From positions 1 through 64,000 of the forward strand of contig NW_027437448.1 in the NCBI RefSeq assembly GCF_964204645.1: 64,000 nt of DNA. Reading direction: 5' to 3'. The notes beneath the pieces are model-generated. The model ran no database searches, was not told the DNA's origin, and saw only the letters and a list, made by a program, of their open reading frames with translations. The DNA is from Tubulanus polymorphus. Its lineage: Eukaryota; Animalia; Nemertea. Position 1 is the first letter of the stretch; each line of letters begins with the position of its first letter. Position numbers and translations under genes: made by a program. Below are positions 38,801 through 50,727 of this stretch, piece by piece.

Positions 38801-41800
38801 ACTCATGCACCACGTAAACATTGGAAAGAATTTAGATATTCTTGTTGGAAATGATCAGGTAATCTTCTACTATTTCACTTGGAAGTTGTTTAAAACAATG
38901 TAAAACGCTTGCATGACATTGTGGCATGCTCTAGGGGAAATTTTTTCCCAGTTACGTTTTAACTCCTGACACTATTAATCATTATAATCAGTATTACTCA
39001 ATAGCGTATTTTATTATCATGATCATTTGAAGTGCTTTGATCAAAGTAAATCTTGAGTGTCAAGAATCAGTCATCATGTTTTTTGTATGTGTGATTTCAG
39101 TATGTTTATGAGTTATATGCTGTCATTACTCATCGAGGTGTCGAGGTAACCAGTGGGCACTATGTTGCATATCTGAAAGTTATGAATGGTTGGGCTCTTG
39201 CCGATGATGATAATGTAAGTTTAGCAAATCAATAATGAAATGAAAGCTAATTTATGATCAAAGTATGATTTGGGTCGTTGAATTCTAATGCAGTTCATGT
39301 TAATACAAATGTATTCCAAAACCTGTCATCAATTAAATCTATTGATATATAATGAGATTAGGCTATACATTATTTTTTCATCTGTCAGGTTTCCAGTATG
39401 AGAGCTCCAATCTTTCAAGGAGGCGAGCCGTATGTTTGCTTTTATGAAAAGAAAATTCACTCTGTAAGTACAATTTGCTTATTCATATTGATACACGGAT
39501 ATATGTATCAATAACCACAATCAATTGCAAAATTGTAACTCCTGGTGGCTTTACCTGTGGTCCGATTAGTGCTAAATTTAACAAGCACCTGCAGGGTGTA
39601 CCCCTTAACAATTAACCAAGCCCTCATCACATTTGCCCGATGAGTCTTGGCCTTGGGCCCAGGGACCCCCCTAACAGGTAAATGGACTCCTGGTGGCTTT
39701 ACCTGGGGTCCGATTAGTGCTAAATTTAACAAGCACCTGCAGGGTGTACCCCTCAACGATTAACCAAACCCTCATCACATTTGATTAGTTTTTAGTATAT
39801 GGTCACCAGGGGACATTGAATATTGGAGTATTCTGATTGTTGAGCAGCATTTCAAACCACATCCCATGGTGTCCCTGGATAGTTTAATATTGACAAGTTC
39901 GATCCCTACGTTATCTTGACTTAAGCACGTACAGAAGATTCCTATCAGTTTAATCAATCACATCAGTTTAATCAAAAGACCTTGCCTACAAGGCTGTCAA
40001 ATTAGTATTATCATGTATAGTATATATTTAGCCCACATTTGATTTTTGAAGTGTTAGAAATTTTCTTATCATTATTACTATAAGATATATCATTTATTAT
40101 AGAGGTTTTGATTCGCAATTATTGTGCAAAGCTTGGAGCACAGGTTGACATGACCACAGTTTTTTATGTATTGCTCAGCCTTTTTTTAAATGTCTTTCAA
40201 TTCATATATTGCAGGTTAATACATCAGAAATGCCTCAAACTGTAAGTAGAAATAATTTATTTCTTATTCCTGAATTGTACCTCATTGGGTTTTGAACCAA
40301 CTTTTGACGTATGTGGTCCTGAGCTTAATTTCTATATATAAACGTCTGAATCAGACAGTGATTATGTATATTTGTGACAATTTGCTGAAATCTAATTTAC
40401 CGGTAGTTAACTCAACCTATGTTCAACGGAGGAATGATAAATTGCTGATCTTAGTTAAGATTCAAATAGATGATTTGGGGAATTAATACACTTATCATAT
40501 CGAAATTTGTATGGGAAAATTTAGAGGTTTAACAAGTTTTGAACCTATGAGTTTTAGAAGTTTTGTAGAAAAAGATTTTTAATTAATCATTGTTTAAAGT
40601 TTGGCCCATCACCATAAGAAAAATTTGGTCGATCGGACTCAAGTTGGCAGTCCTATGACCTTTTTAGTGCCCAAAAAGGTCAATTTTGGCACAAATTCTG
40701 AGTCCTGTAGCTTCTTACTGGTTTGCCATTTCTCATTGCAATTTGTGATGGGTATTCTTTGGACCCCTAGTTTGTGTGGCGAAAATGGACCGTGTTTAAC
40801 ATCTCCGGTTCGTTTTCGTTACAACATCTCATCATCCTTTCCTCCGATATCTCCAGGTGGAGCGATTTCATATATATAAATATGTTTTGTATTGTGTAAA
40901 TTTGTATCTGTGTACTACTGTCAATTTTTCGGGCGTCTCGTTACGGTCTATCGCGTTCGGGTTGGGGGTTTTGGTCGGTTTTTGTCGGGAAATAGCACGA
41001 TCACATCTTTTTATTCGGCTTTTATCATAAATTCGCGCTATGACATTCTGGTTACTTACCGGCAGTCTATTCCTTTGTATTCGCTTTTCAATTTTGAACT
41101 GCCGTTTTGTGATGTCATAATCCCACTTTCATCATATTTCCGTAGTTTGATTTGTTCTCATCGGTTTCTCGCTCGCGAGTTGAGCATTGTCGCACTGCTA
41201 GGCGGCTCACTATTATTGCGCGCGGATATCAAACTCGGGTTTGATTTTCAAATTCCGCTTTTAACCTTTCAAACTTATTCTTTTGGCATTTTTATCGCGT
41301 ATATCGTGATATCACTAATGGCCAATGAGCGCCCCCGGATTTCTATAAAAGGCGGGTCGTTCGAGCACAGTCATTCTGATTTTCGAATCACTCGCACGTA
41401 CTTATAGTATCAGCGAACAACTTACAGCAATTAAATTCTTAATCAAATATAACTATTAAAATGTAAGCGATAAGAGACGCACCCTCTCTATCCCGCCTTC
41501 GGGTTGGATAGGGTCATCTTGTCCAACCCGAAGGATGAGATATATTCACTTTTAGATCGTCCGGCCAAGTTAGATGCTGACCGAGTTTGATTTTGGCCAA
41601 GTTTGATTCCGGCCCACTTTGATTTCAACCAAGTTTGATTTTTTCGGTCTCCTAGTCTAGCAAAATCTACCGACCGAGAGCGTCACTATGATGGACAGTC
41701 ATGATCAATTTTGTTTAGTTTAGTCGAGCCGACTTTTGTTCATACGTAGAATTATTTTCCGGGCGTATTGATCGTCACATCATTTTCAACTACGACTGTA

Positions 41801-44800
41801 TTGATCCACTCTCGGTCGAGCGATTTTGCTCCGATTGTATATAAAATATATATGTTTCTACATTTGAGCGCGATTGAATAATGATTTGAGATCGTCGCTA
41901 TAATTTTCAAATCATCTCTCACCGTACGCCCGAATAAGGTGACTCTAACGTAATTTCGTGACTTCGTATAATTTGACGTTCCTGACGCGAGACCGTACGG
42001 AGATGCACCCGAGGTGTAAACTTTATGAACTGGAGAAATGATTAAATTCAGGAGTTCAACTCTTGACATGATTAATCTTATACAAGTCTTACATTTTCGT
42101 CTTTTCTGAACAAGGAGAGGAGTTCCACCGCTATTTTCTGTCTCAGTGCCAATTATTATTATTCGTCTTAATGAGAGGACCAGTTCGATCGGGGACGTAT
42201 CGGCAGTAGTTACATGAAGACCATCAATCGAGGATTCGAACCCCCAATCTTTGTATCGACTGACGGCCTTTATCCAGGGGAAGTCATGACAAAGTGTCAT
42301 ACGGAGCGAAGGTAGATGTTGGGAGAACTAGGTTCGATCGCGTGCGAAATCCTGGCCAGGTAGTCGCCTACGAGGATGCTGAGCCCTGATCATGGAATGA
42401 GAAGACTGAATATTTTTATTTGATTATAATTTCGACAAGAACTGATATCTTTTCCCTGAGGAGGAATTACTTCCCCCAATATTTTCGCATAACCCGATTA
42501 TATTGTCTCAGGGCGAACCCTAGTAGCAAACGCCTATTGCATCTATTATATACGTAAACATATAAAGACCCGCTACCCAGGAGAGATACGCTACATTTGC
42601 TATTCTACCAGTTTGGATGGATTACCGAATAGACTAGTACCGTTATAGGCCGACTCTACTGTATATCACTTGGGGCGAGACCGCCACCTCTACTGTATAT
42701 CACTTTGGGGTGAGAGGACGTTACCAGAATTATCCAACTCAAAACAGAACAAACTATATTTTGAAGAAGAATTCACGATTGATTTTTATTAATTATCTTA
42801 TGTTGCGATACATCATAGGACGATTCACACTGTAGAGCATCAAACATTCGCTTTAACAACTTAAATATCGGTATAAACGGAAGATGCTACATATTCACAT
42901 AGTTTCAAGCTGCATATTTACAATTTCATATTATAATATTCATTGGCCCTGTTACTTATTTGATTGGTATTTTTTTTTCATTTGGTATAACAATCTCATC
43001 ACACCTTCTGGAGACAAAACAGGGGCTTTGATTTTGAAATCAAAGATTCACATATAGTTGTGTGATTGGTGGTCAAATAAACAGAGTTTTCTTGTGGAAA
43101 TTTTATGTTTTGGTAGTTTTCCCTGTATGAATAGTTGTTTTTAAACCCAACTTCGTACAATACCATTATAGTTTATCAATGTTAGCTATGCATTTTGTTA
43201 TTTTAGATAAATACATCTCGGGGACCATCAGCTCTCAGCGACGATGTGTATGAGATCATGCTTTCTGTGCTAAGTGGAAAGAAGATGCTCTCATCATATC
43301 AAGTTACTTCCGGTGACAAAAAATATGATGCTGTGCGCAAAAATGCTGCAAATAAGTTATCTTCAAAAGCTTACATATGTCAAAAAGTTAACAACAAAAA
43401 TGAAATTATATTCCTAAAAACGAGAAAAATTATTCCAAAATCATCAGCCATTGCCTCAATTATTGATCAGTACCACACGAGCATGGCTGGATCAGGTTCG
43501 TCCAAATTAGTAGGAGCAATCAGCAGCAGTTTCCATGGTATATCAAAGCAAACTATCCAAGATCATCTTAATTCGAAGCCAACGCACACGATACGGAATC
43601 CATTATTTACGAACAAGCCACCTATTAAGAATATAACAGCATCTGCTCCGATGAGCCGGGTACAAATAGATTTAGTACTAATGGAAGAAGTTGAGAACGA
43701 AGGATCTACGTACAGATATGTGTGCAGTGTGATTGACGTATTTAGTAGGTTCCTTTGGTTACGCCCAATTCAGAACAAAACATCGAAAACGGTGGCCGAA
43801 GTGACAAAAAATATATTCTGTGAGTTCGGCAACCCGCAATACGTACAGACCGATAATGGAACGGAATTCAAAGGAGAGTTTGATTCATTTTTGAAGACTG
43901 CAAAAATAAAGCATATATTTGGTTCGCCTAGGCATCCCCAATCACAAGGAAAAGTAATGATTATATTTTGATTGAAAAAATTGGGAAGTAGTTTTTGTAT
44001 TACAAATTTAACAATGTTTTTACCGTTCTTTACAGTCCGAAAGATCACATGGGAGCTGGAAGAAGATGCTTCGGTACCTACTCGGGAGAGATGATGAGAC
44101 AAATTGGGTTGCGCACATTCCTGAGCTCCAGAGAATTATGAATCAACGATCACATAAAGCATTTTGTATGTAATTAGGGTATTCTGCCTACCTTTGTTAG
44201 AAACCTTATTGTTATCCTAGGTATCATAATGATAGCCCTACTCCTCTTTTTCAGCCGATAAGATGACTCCTTTCGAAGTATTTTTTGCCAGGAAGCACAA
44301 TCAAGGTGAAGGCCTTCAAAATGGTCAAATGACGAAAGCAGACTCCGTAGATGAAGAAAATACTTCAGATGTGGCTTCTTCAAATGTGAATACAGTAAAA
44401 CCCCTTGCATGAATACCTCCCTATAGTGAATACTTCCTATAATGAACACCCTATGTGCGGTCCCAAAACCTAAAATACATCCCATGTCACATCATTACCT
44501 AACCCTCCCCATAGTGAACACTTTGCTTGGTCCCGATGGCGTTCACTATACAGAGGCTTTACTCTACTTCAGATGTGACTAGTAATAATACATGTTGATG
44601 ATGTGTTATATAACACATGAAACTTTTGTACTTTAAAATTTCAAGCTCACTGCCTGGGAGAATGAATCCGCTTCAAAGCGAAAAGCAGCTGAAGCACTTT
44701 CAACTGTATATAATGCTGCAATGGTCAAGGGACATAAGAATAGATACCCTTGTTCCCAGTATGAACCTGGACACCGTGTTTTGGTGAATGTAAGTACTTG

Positions 44801-45731
44801 TTAAATCTGCATTCTTTCATCCAGTGTGGAAATAAAGCTTGAAATGCTTTTATCTTCCATTTATACACATTGTGTATTCAATAAACATTACTGGCTTAGG
44901 GGTATTGCCATCTGTCAGGAAGAGAATGCTCCTGCTCTAAAGTCTACTTCTGTTTTGAACCAATTTTCTGATTACATGGTAGGTGAATAATGGATGGAAG
45001 ATGTGCTGTATTGTTTTTACTCGTGTAGATTATCCAAGATAGCCGCCACAGCTATATTTATAGAGCCTTCATAGTGTAGCTCTAGTTACATTTTATGTAC
45101 AATTATTAAAGAATTTACCAATTTTCAACCCCCTCCTTATATTTTACAAACTTCCAAAAAATCTGCTTCCCCTAGTACGTGCAATGAGTTCTAAATCAGT
45201 TTATCATTATCAGGCAACAGCAATGAAAAAGACGAAACTTTATAGTAAGACTGGGCCAAAGTGCCATAAAGGAGTCATCCTAAAGGTCGGTAAAATGGGA
45301 AGAAAGTACCAAGTCCTGGTCAAAGATTCTCTGTTGTGGGTGGATATTAGTATGCTGACATCCCTGACAAGGATGAAGCAAAAGAAGCTTTTAGGAACTA
45401 AATGTAAGTACTAACGGAATTAACTGTTTCCAAAAGTGCACTGATTCATTAGAATTATTCACACTTGCATAAAAGAGGTTTTACTGTAATTACTGATGAA
45501 TGATGTTGTTTTATTCTTATTCTATGACAGCTCCTCTAAATAGATATTGTATGTGTGTTTCCAAGTGCAAGAAGACAAGGGCACCGAAGTGTGAAAACTA
45601 TATGCACAGAGACTGCTGCAAGAGTGCAGGAAAAAAGTGTGCTCTTCACAATATCCTGTAAGTAATCATCCGATTGGTTGATTTGTAGATAGATGAAATT
45701 TATCTGAAATTTATCTCAAGTGAGTGGTGAG

Positions 45732-45775
<44 letters not shown>

Positions 45776-48621
45776 TGTATCTGCACATATTCGTACACAT
45801 AGATTTTATGATGGCTTATATGATGGATTTAATGGTATATACAACTATGAAAGTGTATTTAATTGAGAATGGTTTTCCATTTTAGGGGTGATGAAACCAT
45901 TTCTACTGAAACCAGGCACATTATGGATCGCGTTGTTGGTGAGGTAGAGCATTTTTTTGTGAATTCTGTCAAATCAATCCTATCGGATCTTTTCATTTGA
46001 AATCTTCATTTAGAGTACCAGATCTATTTAAGGACTTGAGTTGTTGTGTTAATGAATATACATAATAGGAGGCTAAACTTTGCCATAATTTTTCAGTTTA
46101 AGATAGTTGCTAATTCGTAAGTATTTTTTGGCTCACACCAAATCATGTGTATACAAGTGACGCATGCACATGGTTTCTGTTTTCACACCTTTTAATTTAA
46201 TGTGAGTGGTTTAAATTAATTCGAAAATAACAGTTGGTATTATTTGTCAAAGGGTATATATATATATATTTACATCTTGGTGTATGTGCACATATTCTGC
46301 CTTTTATAACACGCTATCAATGTGAAACACATGTATTTACTTTAATCTCTGCAGGTGCTTTAGCGTATGTGTCTGTGTGTCTGGAAGACACATGGACCAA
46401 TACACTATTGATATCTTAACAAATCATATATCATATTCTTTGATTATCCCGTGATCAGTTTACGGTCTAGGTATTGTGTCATTGCTTTTTAGCCAACTAG
46501 TCCCAGCGGGCTATGAAGGTTCAGTTTGTCGGTCCGTAGACAGAATCCAGTTATTTAAGGAAGTTTTACAGATGCTGCGGTAGACAGTTGATAGTTAAGC
46601 ACTTCAAACCAGCTCCCAAGTGGGCAAAATGGGCCTGCACCCCTAGTCTTAGTGTATTTTTCTAATTCTGCTACACTATGCTTTTACGCTATGTATGTAG
46701 TGAAATAATCATGTAATATCCATAAAACCCCTGTGTGATCACATTAATTGTATCGTTTTTCTTTAACATTCCAGTTGAATGCAGACACTCATCATATTGA
46801 TCAATGTGCGCAACAAATATCTGATAAGATTAAAGCTAGTAACAGGTAAGCCATACTATAAACTATAACTGTTATGGTTTGCAATTTCCACACGTTAATT
46901 CATACCAATATCTCATTCCTGAATATTTCAGCTCTGATCAGGGTGACAGCAACGCTCACAAGCAGGGCGTGGAAGGAATGATGACTCTTATTAAGACAGT
47001 GAAGTGAGTAGTCATGATGAATGTACAGTCCACCCCGATATCCCGCCCTCCCCGCCTACTGCCAGGTTTTCTCCATGTACATCTCAAAACACCTCCGATA
47101 TACCGCCATACTCTCTATAGTGTCATACTCTCTATACCGCCAAAATCGTTCTGCACTGATGTGGGCGCAGTATACCAGGGGTTGACATTAGTGGTAAAGC
47201 AAAATCATTTTGATATTAGACACTGGTATCAAACTGCCTCAAGCTTTATTGTATTTAATCCGAATGGTCTAAGAGCAGTCAATGCTAAAGTATGAATCAT
47301 TTTTACTTACAGAGATGTTTCGCAGCTAGAAGATAAGCAATTAACTTATTTGGTTATGCAGAATGAGTGCTATTTGAGGAATATTTTCCAGGGAAAGGTA
47401 GTGTACTTAAAATAATCATATATACCAGTCATTAGCGATTAATTTTGTGTTCAGGTGTCGTACAAAACTATCTCTCTAAGGTATTATATTAGTCTTCCAT
47501 GACTGATATGTATCACAGTATTCATTACTTGTAGTCAACAGTAATGCTCATTTAATATATATATACTTTTAGACTAAATGTCGACGCCATGAAGACTACA
47601 AGAATGGCGGAAAGAGCAGGCGTAAGTTGAAAATTAAGTACAATAACCAGTAGCTAATACCCTGGTAACCAAGTGTTTATGTGCCTTGCTTACTGTATTT
47701 CAGGTAACTTGACCTTGCAAGTACCAATCACTTTGTACAGTGATGCGCAATGTGATGTAATAATAAAGGGATTAATGGACATGTTTTGCCCAACTGATAC
47801 GAAGGTTTGTATATACCGGTAAAGCTTTAAGTAATTTACCCTAGTATATCAAGTATTGCGTATGTAACCCACTTAAGTGAGCCATTTCGGTGTAGACGAA
47901 ATATTTTGGGTTGTTTTAAATATGCTTCAATGCTTGTCTCGCTATGTTCACCAGGGGTTGTTTAATAGTAGATGTTCTATCCTCCCCTGGCAGGGTTCGT
48001 ACCCGATGGCATTGGCACAAAACCCTGCCACATTAGACCGAGTGCGCAGCTACCAGGCAGCTTAGATGATGACATTATCATTATTAGCAAATCAGATATC
48101 CCGGGTTTTCCCATTCTTTGTTGTTCCGTGAAATTTACCTCCGCGATTCTACAGCAAGCAATCTGATTGGTGCCGTAAGTTTTCGCGTGGCAAAGCTGCA
48201 CACCCGGTCAAGTGTGGCAGGGGTTTGTGCCGTGTGGCTGAGTGAAGCGATGCCATCGGGTTCGATTCCCTGCTGTGGGAGGATGTAGATGTACCTGCAT
48301 ATATTGTTATATTTTGTATGTACTGCATTTTTAATGTCATTGATTCCTTAATTTGTTCACAGGGGGCATTGAATATTGAAATTGTCTGATTGCTAAGCAT
48401 TTCAGCAAATGTGCATGTTGTCTCTTAACACTTTGTTAGCCCGACCTCACCAAACTTTTGAATTATATTTTCAGTACATGGATTATGTGTTTCGAGTTTT
48501 GTTGCCAGAAACACTGATAAAGATCTATATGGAGGTCCATCAAACATCACATGTACTAGCAGAAGAACGCTTGGCCGATGCTCTTTTGGGAAGTGAAAGT
48601 GATGAAGACACTGAAAGCTGA
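35823..48621 (+). CDS. 23-exon gene encoding USP (C19) deubiquitinase domain + DDE integrase (Ginger/GIN-like) + SH3/GPY-like region + Cys-rich finger + PWWP3/MUM1-C-terminal-like domain; first exon not resolved
   Basis: Exons 35823-36021, 36512-36593, 37508-37545, 37627-37697, 38298-38383, 38566-38640, 38774-38858, 39101-39214, 39389-39463, 40215-40241, 43207-43953, 44036-44165, 44255-44385, 44646-44789, 45214-45403, 45531-45657, 45886-45943, 46775-46845, 46932-47003, 47313-47397, 47573-47621, 47704-47804, 48475-48621; all GT-AG, phases match, 2904 nt with no internal stop. Motifs GLRNPGNVCFLNSVVQCL, QQQDVMEFF, CLECG, IVIDLKRY, YELYAVITHRG..SGHYVAY..WALADDD; RVQIDLV, VIDVFSRFLWLRP, QTDNGTEFKG, SPRHPQSQGKSER. 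Confidence 0.8.
36650..37090. mobile_element. Degenerate copy of an interspersed repeat also at 47945-48395 (fragment at ~39805)
   Basis: Shared caatctgattggtgccg.aagttttc and gttcac.ag.gggcattgaat.ttgaaattgtc.gattg blocks. Confidence 0.7.
37975..38170 (+). mobile_element. 3' fragment of an L2/CR1-group LINE ORF2
   Basis: YNSGRATRS..LMVPRTLIRSGDHVFKSYGPRLWNTLPVDMRTIVTLRHIKTYL matches the typical L2/CR1 ORF2 tail pattern (LRS..L.VP..G.R.FS..GP.LWN.LP..IR). Confidence 0.7.
39537..39782 (-). repeat. Inverted ~1.6-unit copy of the 148-bp satellite
   Basis: Minus-strand ORF 39508-39756 reproduces the satellite peptide; near-exact reverse complement of the array unit. Confidence 0.95.
40775..42595 (+). 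mobile_element. Solo LTR (Gypsy-like), 1821 bp, in the intron between the USP and integrase exons
   Basis: Ends TGTGGCG..CGCTACA (inverted, TG..CA) flanked by a perfect 4-bp TSD TTTG (40771-40774, 42596-42599); TATAAAA at ~41345 followed ~25 nt later by Inr-like CAGTCATT. Confidence 0.8.
44393..44564. mobile_element. Tc1/pogo-type MITE
   Basis: TA|CAGTAAAACCCC..GAGGCTTTACTC|TA, internal tatagtgaa/ttcactata inverted motifs. Confidence 0.7.
47945..48395. mobile_element. Interspersed repeat with inverted arms containing tRNA-like A/B boxes (SINE- or MITE-derived)
   Basis: tggctgagtga (A-box-like) and gggttcgattccc (B-box-like) at ~48236-48271; 47990-48050 is an inverted degenerate copy of 48195-48275. 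Confidence 0.6.
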
Positions 48622-50727
48622 TCAATTGCCATATCTATAGTCGTTATTACGAGGTTCCACTGTTACATGATTGAAGTGTATGTTCCATCCATGCTTTTCG
48701 TAATTGACTTTGTGTTTTACATAGAGCAAAATATTTTTCATATACGTGGCAATGTACGTTGTATATTATAATTCATTGATACTGAAACAAAGTAATTTTG
48801 TATTGGTATATTAAGTATGTTGAACTGTTCTGACAATCACATATCACTGATGTTTTTCATATTCTTTTTTATTGTTTGGTGAAAACGAAAACATTCAAAT
48901 AATGTATGTAGAGTAGGTATTGGGTTAAGAAAATTTTATCAACAAAACAAACGTCCGTTGTGTTTTGTCTTTTATAAGCTTCGAGAGAACTAAGTATCAG
49001 TGGATAGAAAGAGGTACATGTATATAATATTCCTGTGTATATATTTTTTAATGTCAACGCAGAGGGATGTAAAATTAGAATCTTGTAAAATTGACATGTT
49101 CATTTTAAAAGAGATTATACATATGGTTATTATATTAATTTGGTCCTTTAGATGTAATATGCATTTGTATGTTTACTGATATATTTTATATGATAATAGA
49201 GCATAATTCAATCTTTTATCCTATTTTTATCAAATGTCAAAATGCTCAATAACATATTAAATCAGTTCATACTTATAACTACATATCTAGCTCTGTTTTC
49301 GAATAGATCTGAAGTTAACTAGTCTACATATCATATAACTCAATAAAAAGTCTAATTCATTTAGGCTTAGATGCATGAAATCAAAATATTTGATATGCGT
49401 AGTATGAAAACTTGGGCCTAGTCAAATGTTTACACTAAATTTGGCTAAATGAAATAGATTAAAATACTTACCTGTAAATATCAGCGAATAGAAAGAGTAA
49501 GATATATAAAATTAATGTGTATATGTATCGAGAGTTTTAAAATCTGAATAACTTTCTGAGTCACTGCGACTATATATCTACCCTTGGGCTAGCTGGTGTC
49601 AGATGGCCTAATATTTAATTAAATACAAACTATTCGTGCAATCGATCGCTATTACTCGTCGATTACTGCACGCTATTACTACCTTGTTTGAGTGTATCGT
49701 CAAACCGCCAGATTGTATAATATTGATAATTGATAAGTTTGTTTAATGATATGATAAATATCAATTGAGCAAGATGGTAGACACACAGGTGCTCACAGTA
49801 ATTCACAGTTTTAATTCGACTGATTTTCCTGAAAATTGAGACAAAACAACGTGTTTGCCGATAAATAATCAAAGTAAATTAAAGTCTGCCTTTCCGTCTG
49901 CCATCTAAACTTCGCATCAATGAAAAACTGATATTATCAGATTGACACATGCATTTACACTAAAGAATATATGTGAAATTAAGTGTTGCTAAATATTTGT
50001 AATATGCTCACACTATACATGCTACGTTTCACAAGTACGATCGTCTTTCCAGTATGCATAGCAATTTAGTTATTTTTTGAATTACACTACTTATATTTTC
50101 TAGACATATCATTTGTAGTGCATTTATGAATGACATAAATAAAGGTATTTTGTATTAATTAAGTTTGGTTTCAATTGTTTTTATGCCATTCTTTGTAACA
50201 AGGCTACGTACGTTGCTGACGAGCAAAGAAGATTGCATACAGATCGTTGCAATTCCTAGATACGATTCCTGTCAATTAAGTTCTCTCTATGTTTGTTGTA
50301 AAAAATACGTTCTGGATCTGGAACTTGGCAATAAGCAAATGAAACATGGTGTATAGACTGCCAAAAGAACTATCGTTTCAAGAGCATCGCCATTATGAAT
50401 AATCATCTAGAAATTCGAGGAAAAGCTGTGCGATTTGTTAGGGATAAGTGAATAACTTAAATTTCACAATTTTCAAAGATTGCCCTAGCTACGCTTATAG
50501 GGGTAGGAGATAGAAAATATCTATGCACGTTGTATGTATATTCGAAAGAATACCCACAATGAGCTAGTTTTTTTGTAATTTATACATGAAATATCAAATT
50601 AACATATAACTGAATAGTGCATGGAGATTTGATACACTAGTTTGTTAGTTATTCGAATCAAATGTTTCGTTGAAAGCACTGGCTTAAAATTATGTTTTTG
50701 TTGTTATAATTTTGAATATGAATAAAC

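Noticed and set aside
40892-42300. 171-aa and 182-aa ORFs
   Set aside because: They lie within the solo LTR and show no recognisable protein motifs.
43207-44165. Integrase as part of an LTR retrotransposon or Polinton
   Set aside because: It is interrupted by spliceosomal introns and has no adjacent RT, RNase H, gag, polB or capsid ORFs; the nearby LTR is a solo insertion with its own TSD.
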